49,488 bases of DNA from Alphaproteobacteria bacterium (lineage in GTDB: Bacteria; Pseudomonadota; Alphaproteobacteria; ATCC43930; CGMCC-115725). A program made the position numbers and the translations under genes. The stretch's first letter is position 1; each line of letters begins with the position of its first letter. The stretch lies in NCBI GenBank assembly GCA_019238055.1, contig JAFAOB010000218.1:1-49488 (forward strand), written 5' to 3'. The notes under the pieces are model-generated. The model was not told where the DNA came from. It ran no database searches and saw only the letters and a list, made by a program, of their open reading frames with translations. This document shows positions 18,456 to 27,356 of this stretch, piece by piece.

Positions 18456-19555
18456 CGCCGGACCAGCGCTCTCCACGGCGGCGGCGATCATTCGTTGGCG
18501 GATGGGCGATCGCGGCCGTTCTGGCCGTGCTCGCGGTCCTTCTCTATGAGATCCGCATCGCGCTATTGCCCTTCGTGTTTGCAATCGCAGTTGCTTTTGT
18601 CCTAGACCCAGTGATCAGGATCGTGCAGCGGCGCCTCGGGAGCCCCCGCTGGCCAATCGCAGCAGCCCTGTATTTGCTGCTGCTGATGCTGCTTGCCACC
18701 GCCGGGTATTGGGTCTTTACGAGCGCGGTGCCTGCCGTCATGCACATTGTCGCACGCGCGCCCGAAATTTTGCGCCATTTTCTCGGCGAAATCATGGGCA
18801 ACAAAGGCACAACGATCTTCGGCCAGACCTATACGGCCGATAAGGTCGTCGCCGCACTTGGCGGGATTTTGGCCGGAATGGCGGGGGTTACGGCCCTTGA
18901 GCGCGCTGTGGGTTTGGTCGCGTCGGTGATCTTCGGTACCTTCCTGACATTGGTCCTGATGCCGTATTTCATGATTTCGGCGCCGCGACTTGCGGACGGC
19001 GCAATCTGGCTCCTGCCGCCCGAGCGCCGCCGCCCGGTCCAAGATCTGCTGCCCAAAATCATTCCGGTGTTGCGCCGCTATCTGATCGGGTTGGGTCTCG
19101 TCGTGACCTATACCGCCGTGGTCGGTTGGATCGGGTTTGGCCCGATATTCCATCTGCCGCATGCGGTCCTGCTCGCGATCGTGATCGGGTTCTTGGAGCT
19201 CATCCCGGTTGTCGGGCCGTTTCTGTCGGCAACGATTGTCGGAGTCATCGCCATCCAGCAGCAAGGGATTGTCGCGGCAGCGCTGTTGTTCGGGTTCGCG
19301 ATCGGGTTACGGCTGTCGATCGACAACCTCGTCGGTCCGATCGTGCTCGGAGAGGCTGCGCGCATCCACCCGGTCATCATCATTATTTCATTTGTTTGCG
19401 GTGCCATCCTGTTTGGAATCGTCGGACTCTTGATCGCTGTCCCGATTGCAGTTTGTATCAAGATTACGCTGCAGCACTATTATGCCGAGCCGGTCGCCCA
19501 CGAGACGCGACCGAGCCATGCCATTGAGGCAGCAGCGAAATCGCCGATCCGATAA
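18404..19555 (+). CDS. AI-2E family transporter (second paralogue)
   Basis: Polytopic permease with ..GFLELIPVVGPFLSATIVGVIA.. The start is uncertain: there is no in-frame ATG before the first TM, and the GTG candidates at 18404 and 18356 both overlap the GT2 3' end. Confidence 0.8.
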   Translation: MEGTDISIDQDIAGPRVAPDQRSPRRRRSFVGGWAIAAVLAVLAVLLYEIRIALLPFVFAIAVAFVLDPVIRIVQRRLGSPRWPIAAALYLLLLMLLATAGYWVFTSAVPAVMHIVARAPEILRHFLGEIMGNKGTTIFGQTYTADKVVAALGGILAGMAGVTALERAVGLVASVIFGTFLTLVLMPYFMISAPRLADGAIWLLPPERRRPVQDLLPKIIPVLRRYLIGLGLVVTYTAVVGWIGFGPIFHLPHAVLLAIVIGFLELIPVVGPFLSATIVGVIAIQQQGIVAAALLFGFAIGLRLSIDNLVGPIVLGEAARIHPVIIIISFVCGAILFGIVGLLIAVPIAVCIKITLQHYYAEPVAHETRPSHAIEAAAKSPIR

Positions 19556-19663
19556 CGGCGCAGGCGATCGTGAGTGGAAACACGCTGCTGGGCCGGATTA
19601 CCGGGGTCCGATTGCGGCGCGGCGAGTCGGGTATGGCCTCCTCACCCACTGACAGTAATATCG

Positions 19664-20332
19664 TTAAACCGGCGGGGCGCGCAGCGGGCGCAGATCAGGT
19701 GCCGCTCGCAGGCTCGCTTCCGTCTTGGCCTGCAAACCCGCGAAGTCTAGGTCTTCGGCAATCTCGCGGACAACGAGCCCCTCGCCGGTGACATCGATGA
19801 CCGCGAGGTCGGTATAAATGCGGCGCACCGCCCCGGCTGCGGTCAGCGGATATTCGCAGCGCTTGCGGATGCGCGGCGCCCCGGATTTTGTCGTGTGTTC
19901 GACCAGAACGCGGATTTCTTTGGCGCCAACCGCGAGATCCATCGCCCCGCCGACACCAGGCGGGAAACTCGGATCATCGGTTGTCCAATTGGCGAGGTCG
20001 CCATTTTCGGCGACTTCGAACGCCCCGAGCAAGGCAAGATCGAGATGACCGCCGCGGATCATCAGAAACGAGTCGGTATGATGCACGTAGCTGCCGCCGG
20101 TCACCAATGTAATCGGTTGCTTGCCGGCATTGATCAGGTCGGGATCGACCTCATTGGCGCCGGGTGCGGGGCCGACGCCCAAAATGCCGTTCTCGCTGTG
20201 CAACACGATTTCCCGATCGGCCGGGATGAAGTCGGAAACCAGGGTCGGCAGTCCGATCCCCAGGTTCACATAGGCTCCATCGGCGAGATCCTGGGCGGCT
20301 CGCCAAGCGATTTGGCGACGTTTCAGCGGCAT
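19664..20332 (-). CDS. 3-oxoacid CoA-transferase subunit B
   Basis: MPLKRRQIAWRAAQDLADGAYVNLGIGLPTLV...LHSENGILG (catalytic Glu motif). Strong SD (AAAGGAGAG) upstream of the ATG at 20332. Confidence 0.88.
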   Translation of the reverse strand: MPLKRRQIAWRAAQDLADGAYVNLGIGLPTLVSDFIPADREIVLHSENGILGVGPAPGANEVDPDLINAGKQPITLVTGGSYVHHTDSFLMIRGGHLDLALLGAFEVAENGDLANWTTDDPSFPPGVGGAMDLAVGAKEIRVLVEHTTKSGAPRIRKRCEYPLTAAGAVRRIYTDLAVIDVTGEGLVVREIAEDLDFAGLQAKTEASLRAAPDLRPLRAPPV

Positions 20333-20345
20333 CGGTTCTCTCCTT

Positions 20346-21449
20346 TCAGCTTTTCGGGACGGACTCGTCACTCGGCGGTGGAACGGCGGGCGAGCGCGAC
20401 GCGGCAAATCGCGGCATCACCTCCTCGCATAGGAGCCGCATCGCATTGACGACCTTGTCGTGCGGGATCAGGCCGCCGCAATTCAACTCGGCGAGGATGC
20501 CGCTGCATCCGATCTCCGCTTGCAACGCTTGCAACCTTTGCGTGATGGTCTCGGGTGTACCAACCAGCAGATTGGTTTCCAGCGCCTGTTCATAGGTGCG
20601 GCGGCGCAGTTCATGAACCCGTCGCATGCGCCGTTCGGCGGTCACCGGATCAACCAATCGCGCCGCTCCTTCCAGCAGATTTGCCTGCTCGTGGTAGAAA
20701 TGCATGATGCTGGATTTGGGCTCGGCGCGGGCGCGTTCCTCGGTTTCGGCAATATAGGTCGGGGCAGAGACATAAACCTCACCGCGCCCGGGATGACCAG
20801 CCGCTTCCCAGGCATCGTGATAAGTGCGGATCTGGCCTGCGAGATCTGTCCAGCTCGTGTGTCGCACGGAAGCAAACACCGGCACACCACGCCGGCCGAT
20901 CAGCGGAAAGGTGTCGGGGGTGCTGGCGGCGATGCGGATCGGCGGTGTCGGCTTCTGATACGGCTTTGGCACGAGGCTTACGTCTTGGAACCGGTAGTAG
21001 GTCCCTTCGTAGGAAAAAGTCGGTTCGGTCCAAGCGCGCTGGATCACGTCGAGGATCTCGCGGAAGCGGGCCTGGCTCTCGGCATACGACACGCCATAGG
21101 CGGCATAGGTCTGCGCCACACCGCTGCGCCCGACTCCGAAGATCAGCCTGCCATGGCTTAGTTGGTCCACGGTTGCGGCCTCCTCGGCCAACCGCAGCGG
21201 ATGACATAGCGGCAACACCTGAACCGCGATGCCGATCTCGATCCGCTTGGTGCGCGCGGCAATCGCGCTCGCGATGCTGAGCGGTGCCGACAGCAACGAG
21301 CGCCGCGGCTCGAAATGGAGTTCGGCCAGCCACATCACATCGAGCCCGAGGCGTTCGGCAGCGTCGACCTGTTCCATGGCTTCGTCAAAGGCTTCGCCCT
21401 CGGAGCGACCCGGAAGTGACGGAAACTCGTGGAACATCCCGAATTCCAT
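20346..21449 (-). CDS. LLM-class flavin-dependent oxidoreductase (luciferase-like monooxygenase)
   Basis: MEFGMFHEF...AERLGLDVMWLAELHF...GRLIFGVGRSG is the typical LLM N-terminal half. Confidence 0.85.
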   Translation of the reverse strand: MEFGMFHEFPSLPGRSEGEAFDEAMEQVDAAERLGLDVMWLAELHFEPRRSLLSAPLSIASAIAARTKRIEIGIAVQVLPLCHPLRLAEEAATVDQLSHGRLIFGVGRSGVAQTYAAYGVSYAESQARFREILDVIQRAWTEPTFSYEGTYYRFQDVSLVPKPYQKPTPPIRIAASTPDTFPLIGRRGVPVFASVRHTSWTDLAGQIRTYHDAWEAAGHPGRGEVYVSAPTYIAETEERARAEPKSSIMHFYHEQANLLEGAARLVDPVTAERRMRRVHELRRRTYEQALETNLLVGTPETITQRLQALQAEIGCSGILAELNCGGLIPHDKVVNAMRLLCEEVMPRFAASRSPAVPPPSDESVPKS

Positions 21450-21789
21450 GACTTGACCCCACTCGCTGGCCGTTTCCTCAACAGCCTAGCGAAGCATCCC
21501 CGCCAAAGCCAAGCGACATCACGCGCGGCTAGGCCGAGCGCCTGGACGATGTGAGGTTGCAGTCGTCTCTTCCGCCTCCTCTGTGGCAAGAATGCTCAAT
21601 GGGAGAGCTCTTCGACGATCCACATGTGATTTGCGTTGTCACTTCGATCGAGCGCCCGGACCACTTTCGCGGGGTGCCCGGTTGGATTGGGACACAGAGG
21701 CACAGTTGCAACATAAGCTTGCCCGCTTGCTTCGGGCAGTCTTGTCTTAAAGGGCGCGCCATACCACTTAACCGGCAGCGAAAACTAGA

Positions 21790-22683
21790 TTGCCCGTTAT
21801 TATGTTTGGATCATTTTTAATTGTAATCAGCATCGGCATAGCGTTTTGGCGAGTCATGACACAGGAGAAGGGAAGAACAGCAGTTATATCAATATGCAGC
21901 CTAGCTGTTTTCGCCGGCGTAGTGCTAATAATCAAGGATCGTATTACAGAACTCACCGTGCCAGGCATCGGCACTATTAGAGCGGCCACAGCCCAAGTGA
22001 TCACTGATGCAAAGACCATCGCCGATCTGAGGGATCGAGTAGAGAACCAGAGCGCAACTGTAGATCTGGTTGCCAAACAAGCTTCATCGGCAAAAGCGTT
22101 GTCCGAAGCGGTCGAAGAGCAGAACAGTCGAGCCAGACAAAAACTTGACACGCTCGATAAAGCGATCGAGGATGCGGCTGCAACCTTGGCACACGTCAAA
22201 TCCGAAGCTGACTTTATACAGACCGTCGAGGCTGCACAAAATGATGACCGGAATGCGTTCGATAAGTTAGAGAAGCTAGCCGAGGATAAGAATAACCAAT
22301 ATTCATCGAGCGCTGTCCGCGCTTTGTACATAATCCTAAAATCACACTCAGGTAATATATATGACTCCGGCTTTACGATACCATGGAAAGACGGCCTTGA
22401 TCCGTCGAGATTGTCTCTCTTAGATTTGACCAAGGTTTATAAGTCGGCCCCAATATTTATTAAGCCGGGATTGCTCGAATACATCTGGAAGCGTACAGAC
22501 ACCCCAAAAATGAGTCGCCTCGATTTCATGGTAGACGTATTGAAAAACGATGGTAGTTTGACTGCGGTAGAGTATGCGGGGATTTATTTTAAACAGGGGA
22601 CCGGTCTTAACGTTAACCCGCTACAGGTTGAATATATCGCCGACTGGTGGGGTCATCATCGGCAGGAGTTCGCTAGTCGGTAA
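21790..22683 (+). CDS. orphan hypothetical protein: 2 N-terminal TM helices, coiled-coil middle, unknown C-terminal domain (low-GC)
   Basis: 297-aa ORF (TTG at 21790, first ATG at 21802) in AT-richer DNA (27 G+C in 22261-22320). The coiled-coil-like segment is TIADLRDRVENQSATVDLVAKQASSAKALSEAVEEQNSRARQKLDTLDKAIEDAAATL. I recognise no family. Confidence 0.6.
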   Translation: MPVIMFGSFLIVISIGIAFWRVMTQEKGRTAVISICSLAVFAGVVLIIKDRITELTVPGIGTIRAATAQVITDAKTIADLRDRVENQSATVDLVAKQASSAKALSEAVEEQNSRARQKLDTLDKAIEDAAATLAHVKSEADFIQTVEAAQNDDRNAFDKLEKLAEDKNNQYSSSAVRALYIILKSHSGNIYDSGFTIPWKDGLDPSRLSLLDLTKVYKSAPIFIKPGLLEYIWKRTDTPKMSRLDFMVDVLKNDGSLTAVEYAGIYFKQGTGLNVNPLQVEYIADWWGHHRQEFASR

Positions 22684-22864
22684 AAGCCGGACCGGGAAAT
22701 TTAGTCGTCAGTTTAGCCCGGCGAGCTAGTGAGTTCCAAAGCGCGGCGGGTGTCGGCCGTGAAAGCCGCGGGCGACGGGGCAAGAGTGGCTGGACGGGCA
22801 CGAACTGGTTCGTGAACAAAATTCGCTATTGGAACGAACCGCGCTTCTCGGATCGCCTCGCAAT

Positions 22865-22896
22865 TTGTCAGAATGGCGCGTTGTCAGAATGGAGCG
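22865..22896. promoter_or_regulatory. tandem 16-bp direct repeat, candidate operator upstream of the SDR gene
   Basis: TTGTCAGAATGGCGCG (22865-22880) is immediately followed by TTGTCAGAATGGAGCG (22881-22896), 15/16 identical and about 20 nt upstream of the ATG at 22917. Confidence 0.35.
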
Positions 22897-22916
22897 CCAA
22901 ATCAGGGGAGGAAACG

Positions 22917-23681
22917 ATGCGCTTTACTGATCGGGTCGCGATCATCACCGCGGCGGCGAGCGGAATCGGGCGAGCCACCGCCGAGATCATGGCGCGCGAA
23001 GGAGGCATTGTGATCGCCGTCGACATCGACGCAGCTCGGCTCGACGACACCGTTGCAACGCTGCGCGCCGGCGGCGGGCGGGCGCACGCCAAGCACGCCG
23101 ATGTGCTCGACCCCGCGCAAGTCGAGGCTATGATTGCATCTGTGGTTCAGGAATTCGGCGCTATCGACATCCTGGTCAATGCCGTTGGCGGCAGCACGAT
23201 CATCCCGCATCCCGGTGCCGAGATGGATCAGCTGACCTTCGCCGAATGGCAGCGGCTCATTGCATTCAACCTCGACGGCACTTTTCTTTGCTGCCATGCG
23301 GTGGCGCCGATCATGAAGCGACAGCGCCGTGGCAAGATCGTCAACCTGTCCTCGATCGCGGGCCGCGGCTTAAGCGCATCAAGCAGTGCAGCTTACGCCG
23401 CCGCCAAGGGCGGGATTATCGCGTTTACCCGCAAAATCGCATTCGAGCTCGGACCCTATGGCATCAATGTCAACGCGATCGCGCCGAGCCGCACCCTGAC
23501 CGAACGCATCCGCCCGCGCTGGGAGCAGCAGAGTCCGGAAGACCAATCCGCCGAGATCGCGCGCACGCCGTTGCGGCGCATCGCCGAAGCGCCCGATCAG
23601 GCAAAGGTGATCTGCTTCCTGGCATCGAGCGACGCCGATTTTGTCACCGGCGTCACGATCGACGTGACCGGCGGCAACTGA
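22917..23681 (+). CDS. SDR family oxidoreductase (FabG-like 3-oxoacyl reductase type)
   Basis: Start at MRFTDRVAIITAAASGIGRA with SD GGGGAGGAAACG-ATG. YAAAKGG (YxxxK) and the C-terminal FVTGVTIDVTGG are present. Confidence 0.9.
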   Translation: MRFTDRVAIITAAASGIGRATAEIMAREGGIVIAVDIDAARLDDTVATLRAGGGRAHAKHADVLDPAQVEAMIASVVQEFGAIDILVNAVGGSTIIPHPGAEMDQLTFAEWQRLIAFNLDGTFLCCHAVAPIMKRQRRGKIVNLSSIAGRGLSASSSAAYAAAKGGIIAFTRKIAFELGPYGINVNAIAPSRTLTERIRPRWEQQSPEDQSAEIARTPLRRIAEAPDQAKVICFLASSDADFVTGVTIDVTGGN

Positions 23682-23779
23682 CATTGCGCTTTGGCGCCGA
23701 ACTTTCGATCGGCACGATAGGGATGCGGCCGAAGCATGCCGACGCTACATAAGGAACGATACCGAGGAGGAGGTTTCGG

Positions 23780-24076
23780 ATGGACGACCAAACCCGCACC
23801 GAACTCGAAGCCGCGGCGTTCCGCCGCCTGGTGGAACATCTGCGCGAGCACACCGATGTGCAGAATATCGATCTGATGAACCTGGCGGGGTTCTGCCGCA
23901 ATTGCCTGTCGCGCTGGTACCGCGAGGCCGCCGAGGAGCGCAGCGTGCCGCTCTCCGATCCACAGGCGCGCGAGATCGTCTATGGCATGCCCTATGACGA
24001 ATGGCGCAAGAAATATCAGAAAGAAGCCAGCCCCGAGCAGAAGGCCGCCTTCGCCGCCTCGCAGCCCCAGCACTGA
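23780..24076 (+). CDS. DUF1244 domain-containing protein
   Basis: 98 aa. The segment AFRRLVEHLREHTDVQNIDLMNLAGFCRNCLSRWY is as I remember the DUF1244 core. Confidence 0.8.
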   Translation: MDDQTRTELEAAAFRRLVEHLREHTDVQNIDLMNLAGFCRNCLSRWYREAAEERSVPLSDPQAREIVYGMPYDEWRKKYQKEASPEQKAAFAASQPQH

Positions 24077-24180
24077 CGCGTGACGACGCAGCGGCCGGGC
24101 TTGCCTTACGCGGGAACAAGTCGGCCGCTATCGTCGCCATTGCCGCGGGGGGCGCGGCATCATAGGGGAAAGAGAGGACC

Positions 24181-24459
24181 ATGCCTGATGTCGGGGGGAT
24201 TGCCGGCGATCGGCTCAAATCCTTTATCGAGCGCATCGAGCGGCTCGAGGAGGAAAAACGGGTGCTCGCCGAGGACATCAAAGAAGTCTACGCCGAAGCC
24301 AAGGGCACCGGCTTCGACACCAAAATCATCCGCCAGATCATCCGGATTCGCAAACGCGACCAGGACGAACTCGACGAAGAGGAAAGCTTGCTCAAGGTCT
24401 ACATGCGCGCGCTCGGCATGCTGCCCGAAGCCGGCCCACAAGCTGCGGCCGCCGAGTAG
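24181..24459 (+). CDS. gapR: GapR-like nucleoid-associated protein (DUF2312)
   Basis: 92 aa. [47 protein letters not shown] matches the DUF2312/GapR consensus. Confidence 0.82.
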   Translation: MPDVGGIAGDRLKSFIERIERLEEEKRVLAEDIKEVYAEAKGTGFDTKIIRQIIRIRKRDQDELDEEESLLKVYMRALGMLPEAGPQAAAAE

Positions 24460-24487
24460 GAGACGCGCCGGGTTGCGGGACCCGAGA

Positions 24488-25540
24488 CTATCCTGCGGCG
24501 CGAGCGGAGGCGGGGCTTAGATGCCGGCGCAATGCTCCAACGAGGGCGTCGGCTTCGGCCTCGGTCGCGTCAAAGCGGCAGACAAAGCGCGCCAACGTCT
24601 TGCTGCGGCGGTAGAAGCCGAAACCATCGGCTTCGAGCGCATCCATTACATGATTCGGCAGTTCGAGAAAAATCTCGTTGGCCTCGACCGGGGCCAATAA
24701 ACGGGCCGCTGGGAGCTCGGCAAGGCCTGCAGCGATCTGCGCCGCAATGGCATTCGATGCCCGCGCCATTTGCAGCCACAGCCCGTTTTCGACATAGGCC
24801 AGCAATTGGGCCGAGGCGAAACGCATCTTCGACCAGACCTGTCCGGCGCGCCGCAACTGCACTGCCAATCCGTCGACCAATTCGGGCTTGAAGACGACGA
24901 TTGCATCGCACAATAAGCCACCGTTCTTGGTCGCTCCAAAAGACATGATGTCGATGCCACAGCGCCAGGTCGCCTCGGCAGGGCTGCAGCCGAGTCGGGC
25001 CACCGCATTGGCAAATCGTGCCCCGTCCATATGCGCCCTGAGGCCACGGCTTTTTGCGATTTCGGCGATCGCCTGGAGTTCGGCGAGCGAGTAGATCGTG
25101 CCGAGATCGCTCGCCTGGGTCAGATTGATCGCCGCAGGTTGACCGCGATGAATTTGCCCGGGCGCGATTGCCGCTACCGCGTCGCAGAGCGCTGCGGCGC
25201 TGATCCGGCCGTATTCGCCGGCGACCGGGGCGAGCTTGAGACCGCCGCCAAAAAATCCGGCGGCGTTCGCCTCGGACGTGTTGATGTGCGCCGCCTCGCT
25301 GCAATAGATGATGCCCCAGGAAGGGCTCACCGCCGCGAGGCTTAAAGCGTTCGCCGCGGTGCCGGTCGCCACCGGGAAGACCCGCACGGCGGTTTCGAAC
25401 AGGTCGGAGAACCGCCGTTGCAACGACGCCGTCCAGTCATCAGCACCGTAACCGAGCGCCGTATCGCGGTTGGCGCGGATCAGCGCTTCAAGGATTTCCG
25501 GCGCTGCCCGGCCGGTATTGTCGCTGCGATAATCGATCAT
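24488..25540 (-). CDS. ltaE: low-specificity L-threonine aldolase (beta-eliminating lyase family, PLP)
   Basis: MIDYRSDNTGRAAPEILEALIRAN...GTAANALSLA...SFGATKNG (PLP-Lys region). Confidence 0.83.
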   Translation of the reverse strand: MIDYRSDNTGRAAPEILEALIRANRDTALGYGADDWTASLQRRFSDLFETAVRVFPVATGTAANALSLAAVSPSWGIIYCSEAAHINTSEANAAGFFGGGLKLAPVAGEYGRISAAALCDAVAAIAPGQIHRGQPAAINLTQASDLGTIYSLAELQAIAEIAKSRGLRAHMDGARFANAVARLGCSPAEATWRCGIDIMSFGATKNGGLLCDAIVVFKPELVDGLAVQLRRAGQVWSKMRFASAQLLAYVENGLWLQMARASNAIAAQIAAGLAELPAARLLAPVEANEIFLELPNHVMDALEADGFGFYRRSKTLARFVCRFDATEAEADALVGALRRHLSPASARAAG

Positions 25541-27189
25541 CGTCGGAGCATCCTCTTATGCATCTCGAAAATAACCCCGGCATGATCGGCGCGGGCGACG
25601 CGGAGGACAATCGTGTGGCGCAATCGGGTGTTTTCGGCGGAAGAGAGCCCGCGCAAATGTACAAAGTGTAGCCGGGCTGTTTCTTGGAAGTGACGCGAGC
25701 GGATCTCGGCGGCACGAACGATGCCGTCCCAAGAGACCGTCTTGCCCGGCTTGATGGGAGCCGGCGCAGCCGGCGGATGCTCGCGTATAATCGCAGCCCC
25801 GGCCACGCGAACCGGTGCAAGCGATGGCGGGCCGATGTCAGGCGCGCCCATGATCGCCGGGGCGTCAAGCAGACGCTCGCCGGGGATCGTCAGCAGCGCA
25901 GCGGCGATCGGCTCGCCGGAAACAAAAACCGGCCGGGGAACCGCACTCGCAAAAGCGCGATTGGCGAAATGCGCGTTGCTGATCTCGGCCGGAGGCTCAC
26001 CATCCGCCGCGATGCGAATCACATTCAGATCCGCGACATTGCCGCGGTTGATGGCTCGGATGTAATCGAGGTCGTGGGTATAGCTGGGCCAATAGACCTC
26101 GCCCGGCGCCAGCGAAAACCAGGCAATTGCCGGGCCGGGTCCATCGGCATAGCTGAGACCAACGCCGCGAGTTCCGAGAAAGGCGACGACTGCTGGCGCC
26201 CAGACCGGATGCACCATCAATTTGCCGGGCGACCACGACCACTGACCATCAGCTTGGATCCAGCGGCCGTAATGCGTCGTCGCAAAACCCCAAGGTTCGT
26301 TGTCGACCCAGCTCCACCCCCAGGACGAAAGCCATCGCCAATGTCCATTGCGATAAGGTGCCCAACCGGCGGGCAACGCCTTCGGCACCCACACTTCACC
26401 GTATTTGTCGCTCGCCTGCCAGTCACCGGCATCATCAAGCGCCGCATAGCCGGTGATCTCGCGCGACATGAAATAAGGTGCCGCCAACCGCGCATCGTCA
26501 ACGGCGCGTCCTTTGCACCATTTGACGAAGTCGTCATCGGAAGCCGACTCGATCTGCGCCGCCATCGCTCCGGCGGGGTTCAGCAGCAGCCGGTAGCCGG
26601 ATGCAACCGGCAGATCGGCGCCGTTGGCTGCAAACCGAGCGTTCCCGGCGAACGCCGCAATGCGCAGCGGATGATCGCCGCCGCCGATATCGATGTCGTA
26701 GCGGCCGCGTTCCAGCGGCCATACCCTGCCATGCGGCATGTCAATCTCAACAGTCTCACCGGACTCGAACCCGCGAATATCGAGCTCGATCCGGCCCTCT
26801 TTGACCGCGATTTCGGTGATCAGCGGATCGAGCTTGACGATCGCGATTTCGCTGCCCCCGGCGAGGTCGATCGCGTCGGGGCCGATACGGATCTCGCCGC
26901 GGGTCTGCGGATCCGTGTGCAGCGACATTCCCGTCGCGACCGGATCGTTGATCACGGCAGCCGACCATTGCGCTTCACCCGGACCGCGAAACTCGAGCTT
27001 TCCCGCAATCAGGCTGATCCGCCCGACCCGTGCCGAAGGCGCCGGGAGAGAGGCGACGGCGAGCGTCGAAGGCTCCGCCCTTTGCGCCGTTACGGCGGAC
27101 ATTTGCAGCGCATTGCTGGCGTGCGGCGATGTCAAGCCGAGCATGACCAGGGCGGCGGCCACGATGCCGCGTTTAAAAGAGAATCGCAT
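25537..27189 (-). CDS. secreted FecR-domain / DUF6600-like protein
   Basis: Signal peptide MRFSFKRGIVAAALVMLGLTSPHASNA, a FecR-like beta region, and the Trp-rich WAPYRNGHWRWLSSWGWSWVDNEPWGFATTHYGRW. It overlaps the ltaE start by 4 nt. Confidence 0.65.
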   Translation of the reverse strand: MRFSFKRGIVAAALVMLGLTSPHASNALQMSAVTAQRAEPSTLAVASLPAPSARVGRISLIAGKLEFRGPGEAQWSAAVINDPVATGMSLHTDPQTRGEIRIGPDAIDLAGGSEIAIVKLDPLITEIAVKEGRIELDIRGFESGETVEIDMPHGRVWPLERGRYDIDIGGGDHPLRIAAFAGNARFAANGADLPVASGYRLLLNPAGAMAAQIESASDDDFVKWCKGRAVDDARLAAPYFMSREITGYAALDDAGDWQASDKYGEVWVPKALPAGWAPYRNGHWRWLSSWGWSWVDNEPWGFATTHYGRWIQADGQWSWSPGKLMVHPVWAPAVVAFLGTRGVGLSYADGPGPAIAWFSLAPGEVYWPSYTHDLDYIRAINRGNVADLNVIRIAADGEPPAEISNAHFANRAFASAVPRPVFVSGEPIAAALLTIPGERLLDAPAIMGAPDIGPPSLAPVRVAGAAIIREHPPAAPAPIKPGKTVSWDGIVRAAEIRSRHFQETARLHFVHLRGLSSAENTRLRHTIVLRVARADHAGVIFEMHKRMLRR

Positions 27190-27356
27190 GGCTTCCCCTA
27201 TGCCGATGCCGACACGCCGAAATCTAACACATCAGGCGCGCTCGCAAGAAATATCGTCCCTTACTGCTCTTCACGCTTTGAGTTATCAAACGATAAAAAT
27301 ACTCGCGATTCAGGATCAAATTTGGATTATCTCGTGATGAGTGCAAACTGCTGATC

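Noticed and set aside
21768-22433. 221-aa minus-strand ORF overlapping the low-GC orphan gene
   Set aside because: The translation is low-complexity and Ser/Ala-rich, antisense to a coiled-coil coding region. The + frame has TM helices and a longer open frame. The coding strand is still not proven.
25684-27354. 556-aa + strand ORF, the longest ORF in this region
   Set aside because: It is antisense to the FecR/DUF6600-like gene. It is Arg/Pro/Gly-rich with no recognisable motifs, which is the typical high-GC shadow frame. The minus-strand gene has a signal peptide and family-like motifs.
27190-27356. Possible cobalamin riboswitch upstream of cbiG-cobJ
   Set aside because: I could find no B12-box-like consensus or conserved GC-rich stems by eye. 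The region is AT-rich and promoter-like. A covariance-model scan is needed before the absence is certain.
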